From Amoeboaphelidium protococcarum X5 (taxonomy: Eukaryota; Fungi; Aphelidiomycota): DNA of 64,000 nt. Every line of letters starts with the position of its first letter. Within the stretch, counting starts at the first letter, position 1. Below are positions 39,852-52,420 of the stretch, one piece after another. The notes beneath the pieces were generated by a model, which worked only from the letters and a program-made list of their open reading frames with translations, was not told where the DNA came from and did not search any database. A program made the translations under genes and the position numbers. The stretch lies in the NCBI GenBank assembly GCA_023515725.1, contig JALDTO010000142.1, forward strand, positions 372,001 through 436,000. Direction: 5' to 3'.

Positions 39852-42113
39852 ATGATTAGAAAGTTGCTGGTGGCGAATAGAGGTGAGATTGCACTGCGAG
39901 TCATGAGAACGTGTGAAAAGTTGGGCATCAAGACTGTGGCGCTGTACACTAATGCTGATGCCAAGAGTTCACATGTATCCAGAGCCAATGAGGCATACTG
40001 TCTTGGTGAGACTAATTAGTACCTGAATATGGAGAAGATTGTAGAGGTTGCGAATCGCACTAAGGCTCAGATGATCCACCCTGGCTATGGATTCCTGTCA
40101 GAGAATAGCAAGTTCTCGCAGATGATTAGTGAACATCCATCACTGACTTTTATTGGACCGCCGGCTCCGGCTCTCAGTGCCATGGGCAGTAAGGCAGAGT
40201 CTAAACGAATCATGGACAATGCGAATGTTCCGACAGTTCCCGGATACAATGGCGCCGATCAAGATCCACAATTGTTGGAACGTGAAGCTGAAAAGATTGG
40301 ATATCCTGTACTCATCAAAGCGTGGGCTGGAGGTGGTGGCAAGGGCATGAAAATGGTAGATAATGCCGCAGATTTCTAGAATAGTCTTGCCAGTTGTAAG
40401 CGTGAGGCTTAAAAAGCATTTGGTGATGATCGCGTGCTCGTGGAAAAGTACATCAAAACTCCGCGTCACATTGAAGTTCAAGTGTTTCGAGATGCGCCTA
40501 AAGATGGCTCAGATCCTGCATGTGTTTACTTGTGGGAAAGGGATTGTTCAGTGCAGAGAAGGCACCAGAAGATTCTCGAGGAAGCGCCTGCTCCGAATAT
40601 CACCGAAGAGTTGAGATAAAAGTTGGGTCAGCTGGCTGTGTAGGCTGCAGATGCCGTAAATTATGAAGGCGCTGGAACTGTGGAATTTATTTTCGATGTT
40701 GATAGCAATGAATTTTACTTTATGGAGATGAATTGTCGTCTCCAAGTTGAGCATCCTATTACGGAGTGTATTACTGGAGTTGATTTAGTGGAATGGTAGA
40801 TTAAAGTGGCATCTGGTGAGAAGATTCCTCTTCCTCATGGCTTGAAAGAATAGTCCAGTCTTTCCAGGCGGGAGTAGTTGTAGAATTATATCAACTCTCA
40901 AGCTCGTGGTCATGCTTTTGAAGCTAGAATTTATGCAGAGGATACTCGCGATGGAGGATTCTTGCCATGTTCTGGTGTAGTAAAGCATCTACGTGTACCT
41001 TCTATCGATTAAATCAGGGATGATTTTGGCTGGGTGAGACCTGGGGATTTACGCTCTTTCGACAGCGGTAATAAGTACTTTGGCTAGACTGAGAATCATA
41101 ACGATTGGTTGAGAGTAGAATCTCATATCAAGGAAGGTGATGAAATATCGGTGCATTATGATCCCATGATTGCCAAGCTTGTCACGTACGGCCGTGATAG
41201 AGGTGATGCTTTGCGCAAAATGAAGGCTATGCTTGACCAGTACGAAGTCGTCGGTCTGTAGACGAATATTGCATTTTTGAAGAAGTTGTGTATGCATCCC
41301 GAATTTATTGCCGGTAATGTGGAGACTAACTTCATTCCAAAGTTCAAGTCTGATCTATTTGACGCACCTAATAAGAAGGCGGACGATAGAGCTATCCTCA
41401 TGGCATCTGTTGGTCTGTTTCAGAAAGAGTTGGGAGAAAGTGCACTGGGATCGCTGACTGGCTTTAGATTGAATTCCTCATTTACGCGAAAGTACCTATT
41501 AAAAGATGGCGGTGATTAGCCGGTGCAGGTGGAGATTAGTAGAAATGTCGATGGAACGCTCAATGTCAATGTCAAGCGACTATCTGTTGAAAGTGACTAG
41601 GCGAGTGTGAAGGAAAGTGGAAATGAAGGTGAGCCGGTGCATCAGTTTAAGAATGTTGTTTTCACTAAGGATCTATAAAGTGGCAAGTTGATTGTCAATA
41701 CTGAAGGTGAAAGACTTGAAAGCAGCGTAGTCACTGACAAGAGTAAGATTCATGTATTTGTAAATGGCCAAGAGACTGTTCTATAGTTGCCGTCAGCTTC
41801 TCAATACCAGGCAGGTGGTGCTGGTACTGGATCATCATCTGGTGCCAACAGCAATGTTATTAAATCTCCTATGCCGTCAAAGATTGCTTTCATTCATGTT
41901 AAGAAGGGCGACGTGGTCAAGAAGGGACAGCCTATCATTGTGCTGGAAGCTATGAAGATGGAGCATGTTATGAGGGCTGCTTAGGATGGCGTCATTGGAG
42001 ACGTTCGTGGTGCTGTTGGAGATATGGTTGGTGATTCCTAGGTGCTTGTTACCTTTAATTAACCTTCTGCTACAGGAGCTTCTGGAGGTAAAAATGGTAC
42101 CTAGAAGAAGTGA
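39852..42113 (+). CDS. MCCC1: 3-methylcrotonyl-CoA carboxylase alpha subunit (biotin carboxylase + BCCP)
   Basis: [61 protein letters not shown]. Possible upstream in-frame ATG at 39597. Confidence 0.92.
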
Positions 42114-42277
42114 AAATGATCGAAACTAAATAAATCCTGTGCTTCCAAAATTAAAAGTTGACAATTTAAACTACTCAGCGATAGTTTTATTAATCACACA
42201 TTTTGTCATCTTTTGCAATAAAGCTATACACGCTATCACACCATTACTCTGCAATTATCAAATAATGCCAACAAATC

Positions 42278-45040
42278 TCACTTGTCCGCCGTCACCTCAT
42301 TAATATACTCTGGATTCTTTTTCAGAATGACAAAACCCTCCAGAATAGGACTCAGAGGAATGTACTCTTCCGTGGCCAACTCTGCACGGTCGGTATAACT
42401 CAACAATACCGGTGTGGTGTGCGTCTAGAATCCAGTGATAGTCTTTGCACGCCCCGCCTTACCAACAACATCCACAGCCTGACCGACGCGGACACTGACA
42501 GGCAGACTCTTACCCGTCTCAGCATCCAGTGTGATGAGAAAGCGCGGATACATAGCTGGCGTCAGGTAGTACAACATCCAATGGTACTTGTCCAAAATAG
42601 TCTTCTACGAGTCTAGCAGAGCCGTAAAGACAATGAGCAGACCGCTCATGGCAGCACTGGACATCAAGAATCTGTTAGAGTGGAATGGATTCACACTAAT
42701 TGTACCCTTACCCAAATACAGTAATCCCTGAGCAATACGCACCATGAACAGTCCATTAGGCTCCTTCTGATAATAAGATGCCAACTGACGCAACATCTAA
42801 GCGAGACGTGCATTATTAGTACCTGCTCCAACCAGACCCATGGCGAAAATAGCATTAATGGCCACTTTAATATCGCTGTCATGGGAGTACTTGCTCAAAA
42901 TCTCAAGAACATTGACCAGCGGGTTAGAGGCACAGAGAAGACCAATTGCCAGAGGGACAGCCTGACGAATCGCTGGCTCGCCGTAATGCATCAGATGATT
43001 AAACTGTCTCAGGGCCATTTAAGTACCAACATCCTCACCGATTGCAATCATTGCAACACCCAATGTGGCGAACGATTAAAAGCTATCGTCCTCTTTCTCT
43101 GCATCCAGGTGATCATTACAATAATGTAACATCTCCTGAACTTTCAAAACATTACCAGTGCCTGCATAAGCACAAGCATCAACAAACACCTGTGCCTACT
43201 TGGAAATAGGATGATCAATAGCCTTTAGTGTCTCCATTGTTGCATCTGCGGCATCCTACTTGCCCAGATACAAAAGACCCAATGAGACTATAAACAACTT
43301 AGACAGATGCGATTTCAAAGACTCTTCATCACGCTCCATCAGAGTCTACAAGATTGTGCTAGTCAAATCACCATTGCAAGTGCCCACAAAGATCAAGGCC
43401 AAAGACAAGGCAGCAAAAGCACTCAATTCCACAGATAGAGTGGTATCACTCACGATGGAAGACAATAGATCCATGAGATCCTCCCGAGCAGTGCCCACAT
43501 ACGCAAAACCCAATCCCACGATGGAGGCCAACTTCAAATTACTCTTTCCACCTCCAGCACCATCCTCCAAATGTTCACTCAGCAACGCAATCGCTGGATC
43601 ACTTTCATTTCTCACTCCACAATTCACCAGGCCGATTCCCATCAGAGCACCAGCTTTGACATGATCCTCATTGGAGTATAAATACTTGTCCAAGTGGGTG
43701 AGACCTTCCTCGACATTCCACAGTGACAGCAGACCTATAGAAGCAGTAGCACTAGTCATACCATGCTCCTTGTTCTTATAGATCCAAGAGTTGGAATCCT
43801 CACAATCCAAAATGAGCTTATCCTTGTTGAATCCAACATTAACGAAAGCATTTACAATCGCAGAGGCCAAATTCTATCTAGCCGAGTCAACATTGGCACC
43901 GAAACCACCAGCTTTATTATCTTCCAAATGGCTCTTGTAAATATCTTCAGGAGTCTTGGCTTCCACAATATCCAAATCCTTGGCCAGATTAGTAAATTAC
44001 TCTGAGAGAGCTCCATTCGAGAAGATACCAGTCAACTCTTCATCTGCCACGTCTACTTCAATGAACTGTCTGGTCAGATTATAAGCCAACTACTTCTTTA
44101 CCAAAGCATCTGGACACTCGGTGAAATCCTGTACAATTAAATCCTGATCATTCAACTTCATGGCAATCTGCACAGCTTCTGGCCACTTGTTAAACTTCTT
44201 AAAGATGGAGTGAGCCACCTTGAGAGCAGTCACATCATCTGGGGAAGGGACATAACTTGCACAGCTGACTAGGTACATGGACACTCTCTGATAAGTCTCC
44301 TTGCTCACAAGCTCAACTAGACTCTCAAGCGACTCAATTTCAAGCAGAAGATCCACGGCATCATGTTCAGCGTTATGGGACAGGAAGAATGGGACCAACT
44401 TCATGGCAAGCGTGGTGAGCTACTTCACTTCTGGAGACTGTTGCGCATCCTCCACTCCGACCTTCTCGTTATACTCTGCAATCAATTCCAATGCAAGATG
44501 ACGAACATACTCATGTCCCCAGGAGCCAACATCATCCTTACTTCCAGCCTGGTAATAATGCAGAGAATCCCTAGCAGTTCCGTCATAGTAAGTCATACCT
44601 AGAACCGACAAGATATCAGCCAAGAACTACTTGTCCTTACCATCCTTCCACCCGTTAAACACTTATTTCAAAGTATCATAATGAGGTCTCAAAAACTTGA
44701 GTGGTTTCGGAACCGAAGTCATAGAGGAGGTAGAGGAGCGGATTAGACTTCTCAGCGATTCCAAGGCAGCATGATACAGCGAAGAGTTCTTCTCTTGCAG
44801 ACGCTGGACAAGCATTTCCAATTCAGAGCGCAAGTTCAAATCTTCTTCAGAGAGATCCTCATCTGGATTCTGCTGTTAATCCTTCTATTATTTACCACTA
44901 ACATCCTACTTCTGTTACTACTGACCGTCATGTGCATTCGACGACGACGATTAAGTAGAGCTTTTCTTCTCCTTATTGTCCTGAGGCGGCTCCTCAGATG
45001 AGTCTTTCTTATTTCTTGTACTTCTGCGAGTTTCCACCAT
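42278..45040 (-). CDS. RPN1: 26S proteasome regulatory subunit Rpn1 (920 aa)
   Basis: [32 protein letters not shown] repeats, [28 protein letters not shown]. Confidence 0.97.
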
Positions 45041-45403
45041 GTTCAATAACTGTCCTGAAAGTACGTTAATTATATGATACGTTTTGAGAAGAAGAATGAA
45101 AGCTCAGCTAAAAACGAGCGTAGACGGAACGAAAAGAAACACGAAAAGATCAGCGAGGTGCCTTTCTGGTCTCACTCAATTCACTTGCCGATAAGCGTGA
45201 TGGAGCGACCGGAAAGAGCGAAAACATTTACGTAACACACTGGTACACAAAAAGTGCATTAGCCGAATCTCAATTCTTACAAGAGTTCTAACCGGTACTT
45301 GCATTGCATTGCATTTTATTTTATTCATTCATTCATTCATCTTCTTATAACAGTTTCCATCATCATTGTTCGCATCATTTCAACTTTAAAGTTCGCAAAT
45401 TGC

Positions 45404-48400
45404 TCAGTAGAGATTGATCAAAACCTGTAACACTTTTTAGGCATTAACACGAGTAAATACATTCTAATCCCAGGCATTATCAACAATCTGACAATATTTG
45501 TCGAGCCTTGGATCTTGGATGGTTGGTTGAATTTATACTCTGCCACCTGCACAAACAGACTCATATATCTGTTCTTTAGTGAACCCCTTCCAAGCCGGCT
45601 GTCTGTTCAGCAGTTCCGCCAGAATGACAGCACCTGCAAACACGTCGCGCTTTGGTTTCAAATCATCAGATACAGGTTGGTTCATCCAAACTTCGGGTGC
45701 AGCATATGAAGGAGTAGAACCAGCTAGTGCATTCCAATTCAGCCCGGTAACCGTCTATGATGTGCCCAGCAGGGTACAAATACCGAAATCGGTCAGGCAG
45801 ACGCGTACCTGTCCAGATGAAGTGTCCACTAGATAATTGCCAGCTTTAATGTCGTTATGGACAACACCTGTAGCGTGCATAACCACCATAGCAGAGAATA
45901 CATCAATAGCCAGAGACTTTACGAGATCAAAATTCCATTCAACCTACTAACTTAACACGCTCTTCAAACCGATCAAATCATCCAATGATCCATTTTGGTA
46001 ATAGAACATCAACATCACCAAATTCTCAGCATCAAAACCAGCCAGTTTTGCAATATGAGCACAATCTTTGAATCTCCACATTAAAGCGACTTCTTGCAAG
46101 AAAGCTTCGGAGTTCGCCTTGTTCGATGTATATTTTGCAACCATGGTCTGGCCTTCGTATTGACGCAACGGATGGTCGGATGGGGTAGTCAGTATCTGTA
46201 CAAGCCATATACTACCTTAACCACCAGCATTCAGTTAGGAGTTTGGAACTTTACGGAAATTCTGACCCTCACTTAGCCGTAAAAATCCGGGAACTGAGAT
46301 TTCAAACGAGGTTGGGAGCATTGTCGTACCACCTTGCATTTACGTGCTAATGACCTGCATAGCAGTAGTGGTGGCGGCAGAGGACGCAACACTACTTTGT
46401 GTATACGTGCTGGCCCTTGTCATCTAAGTGCTAACCTTTTTAGTACGACGATACTTTTGGCGCGCATATAGTCCCGCAATCAGAACAGCTATCACAAATA
46501 CACCAGATACAATAGCTGCAACCGCGGATATCATTGACGATTAGCCCTATAAAGCCTGAGGCCCAGATTGGTCTCGAGCACCCTCATTTGAATTGGTGGA
46601 AACAGACTAACCTCCATTAAGATTGCCAATTCCAAAAGTTATCAGCCCATTAATTGAAGTACTTACTACAAAAGACGAGCTAGATGGCAATATAATTGAC
46701 GTCTTTGTAGAAGAGCTTAGAAAACCAGCTAAATATGTTACTGTAGACATAACGGCTGTCGATGCAGAAAGGAAGTGAGAAGTAGATGAGAATTAGGTAG
46801 CAGAACCATTGGTAACAGAGCCATTAGTAACAGCAGTACCGGTAAATACCATGGACGTAGAGAACGAGGTGGCAGTTGGTGTAGAAGTAGTGGTAGTAGT
46901 CGTAGTCGTGGTACTAGTTGTGGTAGTGGTCGGAGTGGTTGTAGTAGAGGTAGTTGTCGTAGTTGTGGTAGTAGTAGAGGTAGTTGTGGGAGTACTAGTC
47001 GTTGTTGTGGTCGTCGTCGTAGTAGTCGTAGTTGTTGTACTTGTCGTCGTAGTACTGGTGGTGGTAGTCGTCGTAGTTGTAGTAGTAAGTACCTTAGGAA
47101 GCAGATTACCAATCTTTGCCACACCTTGAACAATTGCCAAATTCTTCGTAACTCCAGAGTCTTCAATAACATCTACAGAGCTTCCACTTGTCTGAAAGGA
47201 AATGATGAAACCACGATCTTCCAACGCAAAACCTTTCTGGAGATTAACATTTTACGAGGGAGTATAAATAATAGTTTGATTGAAAAAATTGCCAGTTGAA
47301 TCAAATACCATAATGACTGCGTACTGACCGGCGAAGGGGTGCACGTACTACTTTGTTATACTACCACTGTTGTTAAAGCTGATTGTAGCGGCTGAAGACA
47401 CACCACTAAACAGCATATTATCGTTTACATCAAATTGAAGAGGTAGTTTAACAGCGGCAGAGCCAGATATAACTAACCACTTAGAAATAGACCTTGCACC
47501 CTGCAGTTTTAATAGATAAGATCCAAAAACCCCAGTTGCTCCAAGAGTCATCACTGCAAAATTTGAAGCATTATACGCAATAAAAGGACCGTTAACGAAA
47601 ATAGAAACATACGCAGCACCTGACTTATCGAAAGAGACTCCACCAGAAGTTTCATCGCCTATGCCAGCAAATCGCCAATTGTACTGGAACGCTCCAGTGG
47701 AATTAAATATCAACAGAGCACAATCAATTCCTTAAACAAAGGGCGCTGAAACCACCCGACCTGTGGAGTCAATAAGATTAACAGCATTTTATTGATTCAT
47801 CTGCATGTACAAGTCGCCATTGGAGCTAATTTACATTCCAAAGTCCAAGGCAAATGTATAGTCGTTGAGGAAATAAATCAGATTAAGATTATTATCAAGC
47901 ATAAAGACATGACCATAGCCACCACTGGAAGGACCAGCGACATTATCATTGTTATAGTATACAACTGGGTTATTTTACCAACCACCAAAACTGTTCCATA
48001 CATGGATCACGACTTAACCATTAGGGCCAGTGAGGCTATAATGAGGCACATTCCACGAGCCATCCGCGCCAAAACGTGCAGTTCTCAATAGAGTACCATT
48101 ACTAGCAAATTTGGCGACTACTGGCTGGGAGCCGCCATTTAGAGGAATGGTCTTGGCTACTAGATTAGTCGTAGTGTAAAATTTGAAATCACTTGACTAC
48201 TCCCATACAGTTGCTATAATGTTATCAAAGGGATCGACGGTAAGCTAAACCATAAAGTCGTCAGCAGCACCACTCATCATTAAATGCCACTGTAACGCGC
48301 CAAACTTATCATACTTTGCAATGTAAGCATCAGCACCACTCTGATAAACCTGGGTTAACACAAAAGAGCCATTTGCAGAGTATATCTGCTCATTCAACTT

Positions 48401-48541
48401 TCCGACAACCTAATAAGCGTAGAAATTTCCTTTAGAATCTTGTTTAGTAACGTACAAAGAGCCTGTGGCACTGATAGTAAAATCGACGCCAGCAGTGATT
48501 ACATCGGCCAGCAGCAACCAAGATGAAACTATAAACCACAT
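45404..48541 (-). CDS. Receptor-like protein kinase A (1045 aa): signal peptide, beta-rich ectodomain, Thr stalk, TM, non-RD kinase
   Basis: MWFIVSSWLLLADVITAG; poly-Thr; TM followed by RQKYRRTKK; AGGQG, VAK, FLQEVA, HNDIKAGN, DFG, YAAPE; intronless single frame. Confidence 0.88.
46860..47090 (-). repeat. ACN-codon poly-Thr mucin-like stalk of kinase A
   Basis: Low-complexity GTN repeat on the + strand. Confidence 0.9.
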
Positions 48542-49050
48542 TTTCGTATGCGAGTAATTTATTTAAAGCTTAATAGGGAGATGTAAATGAGACAAAAGCG
48601 CAAAATGACTTATAATCCGTAATCTGAACCCAATATGCATTGGAATAACCTTGGGATTGGACGAGTACAGGAATCTCTGATAGGAATCGTTATTAAATCT
48701 ATTTTCATGTCTTGTATGAAAAATGCGATAATGAAAGTAACATCAGATTCTGTATATAACATGTATATCAGCTGTTTTTCGACCGCCGCAGCTGCTGAGA
48801 GTATCGTTGCGAGTGGCTTGTTTCAAATGCTATCATACGTTTCACCTCAACAGCTTTTGGGGGAGATCATACAGTGAGAATGCAACTCTCACGGTTGCGG
48901 AGACCCCGATTTAACTGTACACGGCGTCTAAAATACAGTAAGAAATAAAGATTGATCACAACTATTTTCTTATACATTTCATCGTTTACTTTTACTATCA
49001 TCATTTTTTACTATATATCACTGTTCTAAAGTAATCAAAGAGCCCATTGC

Positions 49051-52000
49051 TCATTGAAGATTGACCAATTCATTCAAAACGCGTTGAGCATGTACACGCG
49101 TAAATATATTCTAATCCCAGGACATTTCAATAATTTGAAGATATTTGTCAAACCTTGGATCTTGGATGGCTGGTTGAATTTTAACTCTACCACCTGCACA
49201 GACAGACTCCTATATCTACTCTTTGGTGAACCCCTACCAAGCCGGCTGTCTGTTCAGCAGTTCCGCCAGTATGACAGCACCTGCAAACACGTCGCGCTTT
49301 GGCTTCAAATCATCAGATACAATTTGCTTCATCCAAACTTCCGGAGCAGCATACGTAGGAGTGGAACCAGCAAGTGCATTCCAATTCAGCCCGGTCACCA
49401 TCTTCGATGTGCCCAACAGAGTACAAATACCGAAATCGGTCAGGCAGACGCGTACCTGTCCAGATGAAGTGTCCACTAGATAGTTGGCAGCCTTGATATC
49501 GTTGTGCACGACACCTGCTGCGTGTAGCACTACCATTGCAGAGAATACGTCAATAGCGAGGGACTTGATCAGTTCAAAGTTCCAAACCATTTGCTAACTT
49601 AACACACTCTTCATATTAATAAAATCATCCAATGATCCATTCTGATAGTAAAACATCACCATAACCAAATTCTCAGCATCAAAACCAGCTAGTTTGGCAA
49701 TGTGAGCACAATCTTTAAATCTCCACATCAATGCAACCTCTTACAAGAAAGCCTCTGCACTAGCCTTATTAGTAGAGTACTTTGCAACCATAGTCTAACC
49801 ATCACATTAACGGAAAGGATGATCAGACGGAACAGTGAGTATCTAGACAAGCCAAATACTACCTTGACCACCAGCATTTAGCATAGAATTAGGAATTTTA
49901 CGAAAGTTCTGCCCTTCACTAAGCTTCAAAAATCCAGGTACAGAGATTTCAAACTAAGTAGAAACCATAGTGGTGCCACCTTACATTTATGTGCCTCGAA
50001 CCTCCATGACAGTGGAGGAAGCTGCAGAGGGTGCGGCACTGTTTTAAGTCAAAACAGTAGCTTTAGTCATCTGCGTGCTAATCTTCTTGGTACGACGGAA
50101 CTTTTGACGCGCATATAGAGCAACTACTAATACTGCGACTACAAAGATGCCGGAAACAATAGCTGCGACTGCAGATATCATTGATGACGAAGTTTATTAA
50201 GCTTATGGCCCAGATTGATCTCGAGCACCCTCATTTGTGTTCGTGGATACAGAGGAGCCTCCAATAGAACCACCAATACCAAACGTTATTAGCCCATTAG
50301 TTTAAGAGCTGACTGCAAAAGATGAGCTCGATGACAATTTAACAGACGTCTTTGTAGAAGAGCTTACTATACCAGCTTAATATGATACTGTAGAGATAAC
50401 GGCAGTCGATGCAGAAAGGGAGTGAGAAGTAAATGAGAATTATGTAGCAGAGCCATTAATAACAGAGCCATTAGCAACAGAAGTAAATACCAAGGACGTA
50501 GAGAACGAGGTGGCAGTTGGTGTAGAAGTAGTCGTGGTAGTAGTTGTCGTAGTAGTTGTCGTAGTCGTCGGAGTAGTAGTGGTGGTCGTTGTTGTCGTCG
50601 TGGTCGTAGTCGTGGTGGTAGTAGTACTTGTCGTAGTTGTGGGAGTACTAGTCGTTGTCGTGGTTGTTGTGGTCGTCGTAGTAGTCGGAGTGGTTGTGGT
50701 TGTCGTAGTAGTGGTGTACAGCAAGGTAGGTACAGGTAGGAAATCCAACAGTCTCGCAACACCTCTCTGAGTAGGAATGGCAACTTGGCCACCTCTTGTA
50801 TCATTGAACAGAACACCCTATCCATCAGTGATCAAACCAGCTAGCAATTTGTTCTGAGGAAGCCACTAAAAATAGCCAAATCTTGTATTTTGTGTTGAAT
50901 TGTACAATAGACTGCGACCCCAAATCTTGCCCAGATTGTGGTAAGCAAACACAATACCATATTGAAAGGGAAATTAACGATTGTACTGCGTTGAAATCAC
51001 ACCAGTAGTGTTGACACTCAATAAAGCAGCATCAGAATATAAAGCATAAAACAAATTATCCTAGCTGTCCATGTGCATGTAGCATGTAGTGGACCCAACA
51101 CCACTTACGCTGGACCACCATGTAACAGATGTCCCGCCATTCAGCTTGAAAAAATAACCTCCAGATACACCAGTTGCACCCATTTATAACACGGGAGTAT
51201 TAACACCATTAAAAACAGTGAACGGACCAGTGGAGGATACCTGTTAAATTGGAGCCCCGGCATTATCGAAAGTTAGCTAAATAGGCGCCTAATCGCCCGC
51301 GCCACTAAACCTCCAATAATACAAGAAGGCTCCAGTGGGATCAAACACTATCAAGTTGACATCGAAGCCAGAATCATATGAAGTATAAACTTCAAAGCCT
51401 TTAGTATCCGTGAGAGCCGTACCTGACTATGCATACTGCTGATAATAGAGCACACCCGTGGGTCCTATAGTTAAACGCGAAAATACAGCGAAACTACCAT
51501 CATCAATATTATAGATGTGATTGAGGTTATTGTCCATCATGAAGATGTGCCCGCCACCATTACTGGTTGCGACAATAACGCCATCGTTATTATACATATT
51601 CACGGGATTTGTAGGCCATCCGCCGTAAGAGTTCCACATCTGCACTGCAAACCATCCGTTGGGCCCAAGCACAGAAAAGTTTGGAACATTATACGACCCA
51701 GGAGCATACAGTTGAGCTGTGCGGAGCAATGTTCCATTAGGATGAACTTTTGCAACGACACCTTAAGTGCCACTCGGAATGTTGATAGACTTCACAGGTT
51801 AATGATTAATGCTATAATACTTAAAGTCTTGCGATGTTGTCCAAGTAGAAAAGAACAGATTATCCTGAGCGTCAACAAAAGGACCTTAACCCCAGTCATC
51901 ACCGCTACCAGCAATGTGGAAGTACCACTGCAGATTACCCTGAGCGTTAAATTTCATGTAGATACTGTCTGAACCACCTCCAGCGTAGAAAGTTGTTGTA

Positions 52001-52182
52001 GTCACAGACCCATTCGCAGAATAGATCTACTCACCAACTTTAGATACATATGCACGTGCGTAAAAGTTACCTGCGGAGTCAATAGTGGAGAGTTCATAAT
52101 CACTCGTGCTTCTAATAGTAAAATCGTTAGAAGCAACAGCAAAGTTGATAAGCAATGCAGTCAATGCCACGCGAATATTCAT
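49051..52182 (-). CDS. Receptor-like protein kinase B (1043 aa)
   Basis: MNIRVALTALLINFAVA signal; same architecture as A; HNDIKAAN, DFG, TYAAPE. Confidence 0.88.
50510..50720 (-). repeat. Poly-Thr stalk of kinase B
   Basis: ACN codon run. Confidence 0.9.
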
Positions 52183-52420
52183 TGATGGCAAATTATTCGT
52201 AAAGACTAACGTTGTAAATTGCTGACGAGTTGTACAAAAAAGCTGAACGTGGGAAAGAGAAGGATAAGCACAAAGTCTGTACTGTATGCTGATGCAATAA
52301 CAATGCAAGTTGTCTGATTGGTACATTATAAGCAGAATTGATTGGCCATTCTAGGCCGAAAAGGCAAGCAAACTGAAGCTTATACGATAAATAGATTATT
52401 TTACTTCACATTTTAAAAAT

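Noticed and set aside
48874-48892. Hairpin GTGAGA-N7-TCTCAC upstream of kinase A
   Set aside because: A 6-bp stem only, with no recognisable ncRNA context.
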